A DNA stretch of 64,000 nucleotides from Hydrolagus colliei. Lineage: Eukaryota. The notes beneath the pieces were generated by a model, which was not told where the DNA came from, did no database searches, and was given only the letters and a program-made list of their open reading frames with translations. The translations under genes and the position numbers were made by a program. The stretch covers positions 3,596,001 to 3,660,000 of the forward strand of contig CM068748.1 in NCBI GenBank assembly GCA_035084275.1, in the 5' to 3' direction. Shown one piece after another: positions 23,666 to 36,630 of this stretch; within the stretch, counting starts at the first letter, position 1; every line of letters begins with the position of its first letter.

Positions 23666-24510
23666 CAGAGTGTCTGGCATTTGCATTCCAAGATAATTTG
23701 GAGTGCACTTGTTGCATTAAAATGATCTTGTGGATGCTTATGATTTTTGGAGAAGATGCAGGAAGTTTTGATTTGTCATTTGTAGAGTATTAGAAACTAC
23801 CGTTGGTTGTATTTTCCTTTTAATAATAATCCTTGCATTTGATATATCACCATATCATGTTTTCAGACTTCTCAAAACTCTTCACAGAAACTACTTTTGT
23901 GGGTGAAACGAGGCAGCCAATTGTGCAAAGCAGTGTCCCACAAACATTCGTGGATTTTTTAAGGGCTTATTACCGTAAAGTGAAGGGAGTGAGGATTTTT
24001 CTTTATATCCATTGTTTCTTTTTCTTCCAGTGTTTGTGCATTATCCAGACCTCCTCTGTAGGTTTACATGCTGTTCAACATTGTGAAGGATGTATTTTCA
24101 GTTTGAATTCTGAATGCATTGCTTGTTCTGAACTTCTTTGCAGCTCCTTACTGGATTGCTTTCATGTAGTACTTTCCAATTCCTTGCTTAGTAACAACAA
24201 ACACAATGGATATTCTGTCCCTTCCCTATCTTTGCACTAGTAAGAAATGACAGTAGTTTCTCCTGGGATGATGTTTCCTAGCTACAATATCGGATGTATT
24301 GAGGTGAGTTGTCATTCCATGCTGCTAAAATCTTGCATATAAACCCCTTCACAATTTTACATTGAGGCAGGGCAACTCTGGACTTCTACAAATTAAGTCA
24401 TCTAAATATAAATTGCAGCACCTTTACCACCTTTCACCGAATGTATTGCTTGTTTCCTTTCAATGTGTTTTTGAAGTTTTATGCAAGCACGTCTACATCT
24501 CTTATTTCAG

Positions 24511-24659
24511 AACGACAACCGAGAGATGTTCTTCCGGGTTAGACATATGATGTACGATCTTATTGAGTGGCGATCACAGATACTTTCTGGAACACTCCCG
24601 CAAGATGAGCTGAAGGAACTAAAGCAGAAAGTCACTGCCAAGATAGATTATGGCAACAG
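24511..24659 (+). CDS. DOCK1: DOCK1 exon 6: [49 protein letters not shown](R)
   Basis: ttatttcag acceptor, 149 nt, donor gtctgt; within ORF 24481..24669. Confidence 0.96.
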
Positions 24660-26775
24660 GTCTGTTTGACTGTGTTCAATTAATGTGCTAATTCAACTGA
24701 ACAATTATTACTTCAAATGAACGATATGGTTCTTTAGGATTGCTTGTGGAAGTTTGAAGTGTGATTGCCTCATCATTGAGCTTTTAACAAGATAAGGAAA
24801 TGCAAGAGGCTGACATGAGTGTTAGTTTCATAACCACATGCAATTTTGTTCAAAAAATAATAGAATTGCTGTGTATGGAATGGAATTCTACTCGTTTTTG
24901 AAAAAGATTGGCTAGTGATCCGAGATGTTGCCCTGCACGAAAGGTGCTGTATAAATGCAAGTTGTAATTGTTGTGCTTTAATCATTATTCCTCAGATTTT
25001 TTGTTGACGTGAATGTCCTCAGGGAGGATATAGCAATGAGAGTACTTAAAACAGGAGAGTATTTGCTTCTCTTCCATTTTAATCAACCATACAGGGATAG
25101 TGTACCTTAACATTCATTCAACAGTGATTGCAATACTTTTTGAATTAATAACCCACTGGCCGCCGTTGAACATTTTAAAACGTCAAAACAATCCTTTCAT
25201 AAATGTGTGGGTATATTAAGATTGGTGATTATAACTGACGCATTCCAGCATAAAAATAACCAGAACAGAATAAAGTGAGATGGTGGTAGAATGGATAGTT
25301 CTCAAGATTAGGAATGGAGTGGTACAAAGTAGGTCAGTTTCAAATAAAGACAAGTAAAGAAACAAGATAGATTATTTGGCATTCCATCTATAATTCTGAA
25401 TATAATTCTCTCACAATGCAGTGGTTTTGAAATCTGAACTGGCAGCATTATAAGAAATTTCCTGAGCTATTTGAGTTTTCAAGGCTTTGGATTTTCCAGA
25501 AAACATTTCATCATCAAACATTCTGATTGGAGACAAGTGCAGATCATGTCCCAACAGGTGCACACTCAATATGAATGAAGGATTCACTGTTTGGGTGAAA
25601 GGAATGAACATGGAGCCAAGAATTAAGTGTTGGTGTATTGTGAATATTTTGGCACCTCATGCAAAGTCGGACTATTTTCATAGTTTGTGCTATTTCATTG
25701 ATTGTTTACCATTTTGCTGGTTGATTTTTAAAACGTATGTCATCTTAATGTTCATGTATTGAATTCCAAAATAAAGGTCTTCCAATTGTTACCAAAAAAG
25801 AGTCCATTGATACCATTAAAAAAAAATGTAATCAATAATTTATTCCTACATTTTAATATTCATAACAAAAAAAAATGTGGTCACTTGATCCACCACTGTT
25901 TGTCGGACACTACTGTGTGCAAGGATTAATATTATTATTTAAAACTATTCTTTAATGTGTATAATCATTGAAGCACAAATGACCATGGTTAGCAGCCAGG
26001 TTTTCCTCCAAACCACGTATGCAATTTTGTTTTTGATCATTATTAGAATACTGATATCCCAGTCGTACAATAACCTTGAGAAATATGCAGGGGACAGGGA
26101 TAATCTCATGTCTATATAGCTGTGTGAAAAAGCTGCTTTCAGCAATAAATTTACATATTAACAGTTGTAACAATGAAAACAGACAAAAATTGATTAAATA
26201 CTCTTTGGTGGTTTTTCGGAAAATGTTCAGTGAAAAGCAATAGAATACACAGGATCATTCCAAAAGTTAGGAACATCCAAGACTTCGTTTTAAGGACTGT
26301 GTGTTGCATTATTTGTGATGTGGTGGTTTGTTTGACCTGCTTATAGAATATGCTTGATTTCACTGAATAATATTCAGAGGGTGCTTTCAATGGCACAATT
26401 AGTGCAAGTTGTTGTCTGGGATTGTTAAAGACACTCTTTACTTTTTGTTGAGTCTTTGTAAAACAAAGAGGGTTTCAACTAGGTTGTCTTTCTCACTGAA
26501 GCTATTTTAAGCATAAATTGTGAGTTGCACATGAATATTATGCTCATGTGTTTCTCAGAAAGTGAGCAGAAGTTCTAAGGAACAATCTTGCCTGAGCAGC
26601 TAAAGGTGCGCTTAGCTGGACATGATGTGCATAACTATGTACTGTATTTTGAATAAAATAACAACATGGGAGAAATCCAGATTAATAATGCATTATTTCT
26701 GACCAATTGATGAGTTTGCGCAAAACAATATGTGAGTAGATTACCACAACAATGCTATTCTGATTTAATTTCCAG

Positions 26776-26911
26776 AATTCTTGATCTGGATTTGGTGGTA
26801 CGAGATGAAGATGGCAACATATTAGACCCTGATGAAAGCAGTACCATCAGTCTATTTAGAGCACACGAGATGGCCTCAAAACGAATAGAGGAAAGAATAC
26901 GGGAAGAAAAG
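26776..26911 (+). CDS. DOCK1: DOCK1 exon 7: ILDLDLVVRDEDGNILDPDESSTISLFRAHEMASKRIEERIREEK
   Basis: tttccag acceptor, 136 nt, donor gtaatt. Confidence 0.96.
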
Positions 26912-26965
26912 GTAATTCAACTTTTGACTTCAGATGAGCTGTCTGCAAATTTCCAACTGATACAG

Positions 26966-27045
26966 ATCAGCTGTGATCAACCATAGAATGGCTGAACAGA
27001 CTTGAGAAGCTGAATGGCTTATTCCTGTTTCTATATTTCTATGAA
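26966..27045 (+). mobile_element. CR1-type LINE 3' tail just downstream of exon 7
   Basis: GATCAGCTGTGATC...GAATGG..GAACAGACTTGAGAAGCTGAATGGCTTATTCCTGTTTCTAT. Confidence 0.6.
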
Positions 27046-28699
27046 CCATTTTCACTTGGAAATAAGGGAATCAGAGTTATATACTTGGTATTGGGGCATG
27101 CAGAAATGAAAATAGTTCATCCAATTTCCTGACATCAATATTCTTCACAACTCCTTATCAAGGCCCTCATAGTAGCAGTATTGAAATATTAGTTTGCCCC
27201 ATCAAGACAACTATATTTTGTGCAATAATATTTTTGAATTAAACTTATTCTAAAATATGTTTTTTTGTCCAGGTTTAATTTAGAAAGTTTTTCATAGGAT
27301 GATAGGGAAATAAGGTGACTATATCTTGCTCATTTTGGGGTTCACTTCAATGTGTGACCATTTGGGCTAGTTCAGGGATCTAAATGGAGAATATTCATTA
27401 AATTTGGCGTTAGATTTAACACGTTTGCGCAAAGAGGTGATATGTGGAACGTATTGCCTTGCGATAAAGCTTGATGGTTTCTTTGTGGAGGGAAAAAAGA
27501 GATTGAATAGTTGGCATGCAGATATAGACACTTAGCTGTCACCTAAAGCCATTTCCCTAAGTATGGCAAGTGGATTCCCATTATTAAACTCTTGACTCCT
27601 TTCAAGGGAAAAAAAGTCATCCAATAAACTGTCCCCCGAGGTCTAGACCAGTTCAGCAAATGCTAAAACTGCTTTGTCTTTCAGCTGCACTTGAGGGCAA
27701 ATCTTTATCAATGTGGCTTAATTCCTTTTTTATTGCAGGTTTTATTTGGAGAGCTGTAAAATCTCCGCTCGACAGTAGATATCAAATTTGCTGAGGCAGT
27801 AAATCTGTTTTAATTGTCACTGCCCGATGTGCATGCTCTAGAGTTGAGCCGTCTGATTAGTTTAGTAGTTAAGTATCCTCTTCATTGCTGCAATGATTTA
27901 ATATATGTGGCAACCCTGATTAATTGTACAAATGCTAGAATTAACCTAGGTTTGTTCAGTTTAATTTTTCAGTTGATAATGAATTGCCTTGCTGATGCCC
28001 TAAAATCTGAATTTACTTCATTGTTTGGTGATGAGTAGGACTTGTTTTACAAAATAAAGTGTCAAAAGGTCTTGATTACTGACGAACCCTAGTAGATGGA
28101 ACTAGCATTCTACCTTGGGGACAATGAAAGTTTGTTTGTGATTTTGCTCATCCCCTCCAATTTGTTCACTTCACTCCCTTTTCTGAAGAATCTGCCATCT
28201 GTAAAGGAACAGCCACACAATTGGTGTGACATTCTCCATTACTTTGCGCAAGATGCTTTTATAAAAGATGTTTTAATGGGTACTGACTGTCAATTTGAAA
28301 ACTTAATGTTTGCAGCCACATTATGCAAGATCAGTAATGTTAAACTCCACAGTATTGAAAGCTTTTCAGATTCATGCAAGGAAGAAAGACTTTTTAAAAA
28401 AAAATGTAACCTCATCTTTTATTATCTCCATGGGATAGTTCTGGTCTTGTCTGCCAGTCTGTCTGTGCTAGCATAGTTTATGTAAATAAACTCTAGATTG
28501 CTACACAGATTTTCTGATGAACTGAATGAGTTCCTCGGAGACTGAACTATGTATTACTGGTTTAGGTTTGGCATGTTTTTGTAATCATGGGCAAAAATTT
28601 CTGGGTATTTTATTAATCATGAATCCATATCGCTACATTTTGTGCAGGTTTTAATGTGTCCTTGCTCACATTTGGAAGTAACTCTTGCTTATTTTACAG

Positions 28700-28857
28700 T
28701 CACAGAAGCAAAATATTGATATAAATCGACAAGCCAAATTTGCTGCCACACCTTCCTTCGGTCTGTTTGTGACTCTGAAGAATGTTGTCTGCAAAATAGG
28801 AGAAGATGCTGAAGTCTTAATGTCTTTATACGACCCTGGTGAATCCAAGTTTATCAG
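28700..28857 (+). CDS. DOCK1: DOCK1 exon 8: SQKQNIDINRQAKFAATPSFGLFVTLKNVVCKIGEDAEVLMSLYDPGESKFI(S)
   Basis: ttttacag acceptor, 158 nt, donor gttggt. Confidence 0.96.
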
Positions 28858-30442
28858 GTTGGTGACAAGATTCATATTGACAGATGACTTACGTCTGCCT
28901 TAAAATCTAAATCCTGTTTAGTTTATTGCCATGGTGATTTAGTATACAATAAAACCCAGGCTACCCAGACTAATGGGGGGGAGGGAGAGGCGATTCTGGG
29001 TACACGTATTTAGTGTCGTTACTGGTATTTGCCTGCTTTTATTCAGTGCTGAAAAATGTTAGTATTGGCAATGATTGTTTGAATCTTGCGAGCTGAAGAT
29101 AGCAAATAAGGTGATATTCCTGGTAATTTCATTCAAATTAGCAAGCGTGGGTGGGGGAGAAAGCGGGGGAAACGCTTGCTTAAGACTTAAATGAAGAGCA
29201 TTTGTATATTCTGAGTTTTTGCAGCAAGTCCTTGAAATTGACTGCATTTTGCTCTTATGCATTTCAACGGAGCATTGTTGAATTGACTGACACAAGGCTG
29301 AGGTAAAGCATGCTAACCATCTGAAATATGTAAGCTTTTCGGAAAGGGATCAACATTCAATGTGGCACAGGCATGATTACCATACGAGTTACTTCTGCGC
29401 AGAAATTTTCAGTTTCACTCTTCAGCATCAATTGTTTCTATTAACTCATTTGAAAATGAAATGGGAGTGGAGAATTACCTTCATTATTCTTATTGTTATT
29501 TTGTAATTAAACTCTTCAGTGTTTTCACGTAGGAGTTTCTTGTTGTATAATCGGAATTGCCTGGAATTCCAATACACGACAGTCTGATTATGAACATTAT
29601 CATTTACCTTCAGAAATAAGTGAATATGTTTTATTTTTGAGACTTAGATAAATAAAGATAGCTGTTCAAGGAAAGTGAACGTATTATAAAACAAATGCAT
29701 TTAGAGCAAATCACATTGCAATGTTTATAGGGTAGCCATCAGCCAAATGGAAATTACTCTGACCTCAATAGTTTATTTTAAATCTTTCAAAATATGATTG
29801 CTGGACTTTTTGCTAACTTCTGCAAACCATAGTTGTGTAGCGCTGCATAATACCTTTGCAAACTTTTCCATGGATCTATTGTAATTTTTGTGACATTAAT
29901 TTTGATCTATGCAGTTTTCAGGTCTGCATCAAGGTTGCCCAGAGGGAAATTAAAATTGCTGCAGCATTCATTTCTCCCATTTTCCTTTTTTCAAATGATG
30001 CACATTTTTGATTTTTCAGTTTATCACCAAATAATTGAATTAGATGAAGGGCGAATTATAACCTGAAGGATGATGTCCTGCATTTAATATGTCTATTACA
30101 TAACTTTAATGCAGCTTCCATTCTGAAATGAGCAGAAAAAATATAATCTGAATTTCACTGAGAAATCCCTAGTATTATTGATTGAATAACACTAATGGGT
30201 GGTCAGTCAGGTATTTGTTGTGCACATTTCAGCACTCATTTGTCTGGAACCAAAATGGTTCTTGACGTGTCAAAATCCAAATTAAAGATTCATTCACATT
30301 TAATTTAATTTACTGAAGGGAAGAGGAAACAGTGAATAGATGCAGCGACTGTTTATGGCGGATGAAGGCAGTACTGCAGAAAATGGCAACTATGTTTGAA
30401 TTTGAAGCAATGTGTGCTTAAGCGACTGTTGTTTTTTTGCAG

Positions 30443-30524
30443 TGAAAACTACCTGGTTCGATGGGCAAGCTCGGGGCTTCCAAAAGAAATAGACCGATTA
30501 AACAACCTCCGAGCTGTATTTACG
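30443..30524 (+). CDS. DOCK1: DOCK1 exon 9: [27 protein letters not shown]
   Basis: tttttttgcag acceptor, 82 nt, donor gtattt. Confidence 0.95.
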
Positions 30525-30964
30525 GTATTTAAAATTTATTTTTATGATAAATACTTTACATCACACTTTACCGCAAATGATCTAGCTGGTTAGACTCCAG
30601 CTGAATCCCAATCCACACTTTGAGGTCCCCAAGCCTTAACTCTTGCCACCCTTCACCTAATGCTTTCCGGAATTAGGCAAGTAGGATTTGTCCCTGCAGA
30701 GAGACAGTGCACATTGCATTCCAACAATCTATCTCTGGGATTTCCATGTGTAGGTGGAATGCATGGAAATCTCAATTTGGTTTTGGATACTCTTAAGCAT
30801 GGTCATGGGTTTCTGCAAGTGCCAGACACCCCAGTTGAACAATAAAAAAAAATGTGTCTATGAGTTCTGCTTTTTCAATAAAAACGCTTAGCTCTGCAAT
30901 TTTTAAAAAATGAAATGTTGTATCATTTAAGGTAAATGAACTGGAACATGTCCATTTCTTACAG

Positions 30965-31100
30965 GACCTTGGCAGCAAAGATCTTAAAAGAGAAAAAATC
31001 AGTTTTGTGTGCCAAATTGTGAGAGTGGGTCGGATGGAGCTGAAGGACAATAATTTGAAGAAATTCACTTCTGGCCTGCGAAGACCCTTTGGAGTAGCAG
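30965..31100 (+). CDS. DOCK1: DOCK1 exon 10: [45 protein letters not shown]
   Basis: ttcttacag acceptor, 136 nt, donor gtaaga. Confidence 0.96.
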
Positions 31101-32174
31101 GTAAGAAAATAATCATGAGGATTATTTGAAGACTTAACTAAATAGTCATTTCCAGTTTCTTTTTCCAGGCATTCTTCAAATATTCAAATTGTAGAATAAG
31201 TTTCTAGACTGAATGGTATATAAAGTAAGCGACTGTTTCAAGATTTCCATGGATGGGAAAAAATTACATGTCAATCAATTGACTGGGATGGTCATAGATG
31301 TTCCTGCTCACATTGCTCCTTCTACTCTCTTTTCTGCCCAGAGCAGTAAGTAACGTAACAGGCATCGAAGGCTTTAAGATTGAGGGTTGAAAGAAGGTGT
31401 GCTTCAATTTAATAATCTGATAATACTGTAACAAAAGAAGGTTAAAAATATGAAGAAACTAAATTGCTCTACAGCATGTAAACCAAATCAAACATTTATC
31501 TGAAACTGCGATAAGCACCTCAGCATATTTGTCTAAAAGTGAAAGCTGCAGTGTGTTCCATATTTTAGTGCAATTTAAATAGGATATAAGATGCCTCGAG
31601 GTCTGAAGTTGCAGCAGGTTTTATTAAGCAGCTAAAACGATCTATGAAACCATGTCGACAGATGCTGAGGATTATGGTAGAAATTCTGACACCTCTAAGG
31701 AGTCAAGTAGAAGTCTTGCACTTGTAACCTTGACTAGCTAGAGACAACTGAACATAAATTTATCAAAACTTCCTCAAGCTTTTCTTGTTCAGAATAAATT
31801 CCATCCAGCATCATTTGATTCAAACAGAATAATGTTTTCCTACCGTCGCCCCCCAAAACCATTCAGTATTCAATAATATAACAGTTTGGATTTGTTATTG
31901 TTTTAGGATTTGACTTAAGATGCTCATCATCTTAGTCTAATCATAACCAATCAGTTTTTATGATAGTTGGACTTGTATAATTTGGTTTCAGGAAGGTCTA
32001 TTTAGCCTCAAAAACCCACCAATTCCATAGACCATCAAAGACCCCATCATAATCATAGCCTACTTCATCTATTTCATTTCCAAAAGTACTTCTCTGTGTA
32101 AGTGTTCCTAAATTGAGCAAAATTAGAATATTGATTCATGTTCAATATGTACTGTACTGCCAGCAAAAAAAATT

Positions 32175-32485
32175 TTAGGCAAACGTTATACATAGCTGTA
32201 TCCCATAAACTGCCATGAAGTGAACAATCAATTTTATTGGGGAGATTGTTGGCCAGGAAACCAAGGGAACTCCCTTCCCTTTATGCAGTGCTATGGGACC
32301 TTTAACGTCCATCTGAAACAGGCTGATGAGATCTTGTTTTAACATTTTTGCTAAAGGGCGGCACTTCCAACAATGCAATTTACCCTAAACATGGCATTGG
32401 AGTGTCAGTCTGGACTATATGAATCGAAGTCCTGACATAGAGCTTCAGCACACAGCCTTGTGACTCAGAGGTGAGAGTGCGACAA
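32175..32485 (-). mobile_element. Older tRNA-Deu-type SINE
   Basis: TTGGCCAGGAAACCAAGGGAACTCCC...ATGGGACCTTTAACGTCCATCTGA...GGAGTGTCAGTCTGGA...TGACTCAGAGGTGAGAGTGC resembles the recalled DeuSINE (SacSINE1/AmnSINE1 group) central domain. Confidence 0.7.
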
Positions 32486-32632
32486 TTCCTAATTGTAATT
32501 AAAATTAAATAAATGGATTGCAATTAGCTGAATGTAGAAGTACACTGGGATTTAAAATATCCTGAAGCAGTCATTTTTACTTTTTGTAAAGAAGGCAGTT
32601 AAATTTGTCTTCCCACTTTTTGTTAATTTCAG

Positions 32633-32705
32633 TCATGGATGTCACTGACATAATCAAAGGCAAAATTGATGATGAGGACAAACAGCACTTCATTCCATTC
32701 CAACC
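32633..32705 (+). CDS. DOCK1: DOCK1 exon 11: (V)[23 protein letters not shown](P)
   Basis: aatttcag acceptor, 73 nt, donor gtaagt. Confidence 0.96.
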
Positions 32706-33890
32706 GTAAGTAGCCTAACGTCTGGGTTGATCAGGGAGTTGTCAGACATTCTACTGTCAGCAGAAATTATTTGTTTTGTTCATTAATCTTTGGAAAGAGA
32801 TAACATCTGCTTACATTTTGTGGCTACTTCATCTAAACCGAGGTTGGATACGCATGTAGGCTATAAATGTGCTAACTCCCAAAATATCTCATGCAATTTC
32901 TGAGGGTATTTACAGACCTCTTCGAATTATGATGGCTCCAATCCATTCTTTAAATGCCAATTTGCCACAAAGGAAAATGTGATGGATATCATGATTTTAA
33001 AATTGTACACAAATCAATTATATTTTTAAAGAAAAGTATTTTGTACTGCCCTCACCTAAAATACTGCAGCTACCTTTCTTCAGAATACATGTTTTTTTAT
33101 ATAAGATGATGGATTACGTGCAAGTACAGTATCCTAATTTGGTACAGGACTCTTTCTTTAGAAGTTTCCATCCACGCCCCCCTTTTCATGCATTATCCCC
33201 AATTGAGAGACCAAGCGGAAAATCCATTCCCTGGATTCTGCCACACTTGAATTAGCCACTGTAAGACGTTTGAGTCCATTAACAGTAACTCCTTTCAGTT
33301 TTAACCAAACAAGTCGCATCTCTCAGGGATGCATTTGGTCTTCACTTGCCGCTTCCTGAGGGCGAGCTTCATAAATTGCAGTTGATAATTCTGGACACAA
33401 TTCTGTGCTTTACAACCACTGTGCAATGAGGCATACACTCTGCATTCATGCTGCCTAACTAATAGCGTTTTAACTGTTTTGAGAAGTTCGGTACTGGTAG
33501 ATTAATTACCACTACATGCAATTCTGATCCCTTTGAAAAGAAGCTCATATGTGTAACTCTTATGTATGCGGCATGTTGAAGCAAGGAGTTCAGCACAGAT
33601 TGGTTTTCACAGATCAGTGAAATTCCCAATTTGTTTTGTCCTCACTTCATTTTGTTCAGTAACACAAAAAGATAATTCATGAGTTTTACTTTAGCACCAT
33701 GGGAATCAATCAGTATTTTTTTAAACCACTAGGGAGTCCTTCCACGTGTGACTGACCGACTGATTCACAGCAGTTATTGAGGTGTAGGGGCAAGGATTCA
33801 AGGCACAAAAGACAAAGATTATCTGCAACCAGCAAAATGCATTTACAATTTCTGAATCTAACTCAGATTTACAACTGTTAAATTATTGTA

Positions 33891-34263
33891 CAGTAAAAGC
33901 TTGTTTATAAGGCACCTAACCAACCGGAACGCTCAACCAACCGGTCCCAATACAATTCACCATTTCAGCAAACGGATCTCATAGCAGAGCCATCCGGGAC
34001 ACTCACGAGTTTGCTCACTTATTAAACTTAACAAATGCTGGAATTTTTGTTTCACCATTCATTTTACCAAGTGTGCTGGAATGCTTTATTGCTAAGTATC
34101 CATACATTATTCTATTATTATTTAGTCTATTATTAATATGGTATGTTTTAAAATATGTTCATTTTTGGTGTAGGATTTTCGGCAACTTGCTCGAATATCC
34201 GGCATATTTGATTAAACAGCACCGGTGAGGTCCTGAGAATGCCGGATAACCAAGCTTTTACTG
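33891..34263. mobile_element. Tigger/pogo-type MITE, 373 bp
   Basis: Perfect 13-bp TIRs CAGTAAAAGCTTG / CAAGCTTTTACTG, flanked by TA on both sides; subterminal A(A/T)CCGG repeats. Confidence 0.9.
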
Positions 34264-35771
34264 TAATAAGTGACTGTTTCTATTGTTGCTTGGTATTATA
34301 GTGGCAGGGTTTTGTCTTCAGATAGGCCTTGAAGATCGTGGTGTTGTTTTAAAAGACATATTCACGTGCACACACACTTAGTCACACAGAGAGACACCAG
34401 ACAATCACAACAGCGGGGCCTGAGGGTGAGCGAAACTTATCTCCCGTTCTCGCCACACAGCACATGTGCCTCCAGACCCGCTCCACCTACAGTAATGGTG
34501 TCGAGTAAACAGCCCGGGGCAGAACACACTGCATTTTAAGTAGAATCAATCGAAACTAACAGGACAACAAATCATTTGTATTCAAATTACAGTGATAAAG
34601 AAAAAATAAACTTGCATTTTTGTATTGCCTTGAAGCATAGGCGATTGTCTAGTGAATTTCTAGTGAAGGCGATTGTTGCTGGACTGTTTGTAGTGGAGGG
34701 GTGCGTGTTTGTGGTGGAGGGTTTGTTTCCAGTGGAGAGGTGGTTTGTAGCAGAGGGGATAGTTTATAGCGACTTCAGTGGAAAAAATAGCAGCTGCACT
34801 TTTCTATTGGCCCAGCTAATGAGGTAAGGAATCTAGAATGAAAGGGGGCTGCTCTCTGAAAGATGAGCTGGTTGAACTGAATTCTGCTTCAATCAGATTC
34901 CTCACAGCCACCTCCATCATTGTTCGCAACCTTTAACATTTCTGGTATGGATTGGTCCTGGCACTTCAATGAAATCTTTCACTTCACAGCCTGTCAAGTA
35001 AGGAAACCACACTTTCTTTATAGAAATCTTGGCGCAAAGCATTTCGAGGCATTCTTTCCGTGACAGTAGAGTGATAGAATGGTCTGCCTTTCATTGCCAA
35101 CCAGACCCACTGTACTGTGTGCCTTAGGCATGTTTCTGTTCTACCAGTCATCTGTCGACTCACCTGAAGTATTCTGAATTTGGATTAATTACTAGATTTA
35201 TGTCTACTGCATCCTTGGCTAAGGAAAGTTTTTGAACAAAGTGAATGCACATGGGAAATGAGGAGCTGTATTTAGATGAGTTTCTCTCAACTTGTTCAGC
35301 TTTTTATTGGGTATGGTTTGTCCAAAGCAATCCTCCTACATTGACCTGGCAGTCACCCGGGCTGTTGTAGGGAATCGAATTATGTGCTGCAAAATATTAT
35401 TTTGCTCTGACTTCCAAGTTGTTCCAGTAATAAGTCATGGATATCCACAAAATGAATGCTGTGTCAATCTTCCAGGGTATTGCTATTTGATATGAATAAA
35501 AGTCCAACCATTTCCAGTTCAGCCAAAGCTGCGATTTCAGCTCAAGGATGTATTCACCCATGGTTGAACATCGATAGTGTACACTTGTAATTCAGGTAGT
35601 TGTCAATCGGTCTATGTTGGCTTGCACAGTTTCAGCCATCTGGTTTGCTTGCACACTATCTTTGAGGTAACAATTTCACATCAGTTGCCTGTGTTACTAG
35701 TTAATCGGAGATCTCTGAGTAACTGGTGAATTTGGGCAAAGTTAGCAGATACTGTGGCAGAAGCAGTACAT

Positions 35772-36630
35772 CAACAACTTGCATTTATATAGTGCCCTTC
35801 ACACAGCTAGCATCCCGGAGCGCTTGACAGTGGGGGAGTCTTAACCCGAGCCAGGTGGAGAGGGAGGCGGTACCTAGCGGCCATGATTTCTTCCTCTTAA
35901 TAATATAAAATAATCCTTGCATTTAGGAAAACTCCTTTCGTATCAGGAGGATGTCTTAGAACACTTTTATGGGGTGGAGGACAAAAGAGATTCAGCATTC
36001 CTGACATTTTCTAAATGTATGTTAAGCAAAAGGCATATTCCGACAATACCTCACCCCAAAAGCTGGCAAAACCTTTTTCTATGCCTATGTCACCTCTCGA
36101 CTGGTCTACTCTTAATGCTTTCTCTGTCTGTCTACCCCCTCCATATTCACAAAATTCAGGTCATTCCAAACTCCGCTCCCCGAGTTCTCATCCACATCAA
36201 ACTTCCTAACCCAATTTTCTTGCCAAACTCCATTGGCTCCTTGTCATAGAGCAGATTGACTTCCAAGATCCTCACTCTGGTGTTTAAATCCCTCCATTCC
36301 TCGCACCTTCCTACCTCTCTCTCCTCATAGGAGTACCTGCTCTCTAAGTTCTACTGGGTCCAGCCTCCTCTTTGTCACCCGAATCCTCCTCTCCATCATC
36401 GGCAGCTTTGCCATCAGCCACTAAACCCTGAAACTTTGGAACTCGCTCCCTCAACCCCTTTGCCTCATCCTCTTCTTTCCCATCTTCAGGGTCACACCCG
36501 AAGATCTTCCTCTTCGACTGCACCTGTGGTCACCTTCCCCCTCCCCCTTGCTCGGCTCTGCCATTGTTAAGCGCTTTTGAGATGTCAGCTGGTGTTGGAG
36601 GGCAGTATATGAATGCAAGTTATTGTTATT
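35772..36630. mobile_element. Cluster: L2 tail (-, ~35772-35880), SINE tail (-, ~35900-35970) and degenerate L2 3' region (+, ~36030-36630)
   Basis: CAACAACTTGCATTTATATAG; KIQVIPNSAPRVL remnant in the ORF track; TGGAACTCGCTCCCT; tail TGAATGCAAGTTATTGTTATT. Confidence 0.75.

Noticed and set aside
30793-31116. Minus-strand ORFs overlapping exons (also 28666..28875 and 45891..46118) as a nested antisense gene
   Set aside because: Antisense shadows of DOCK1 coding exons; no independent exon structure found on the minus strand in this window.
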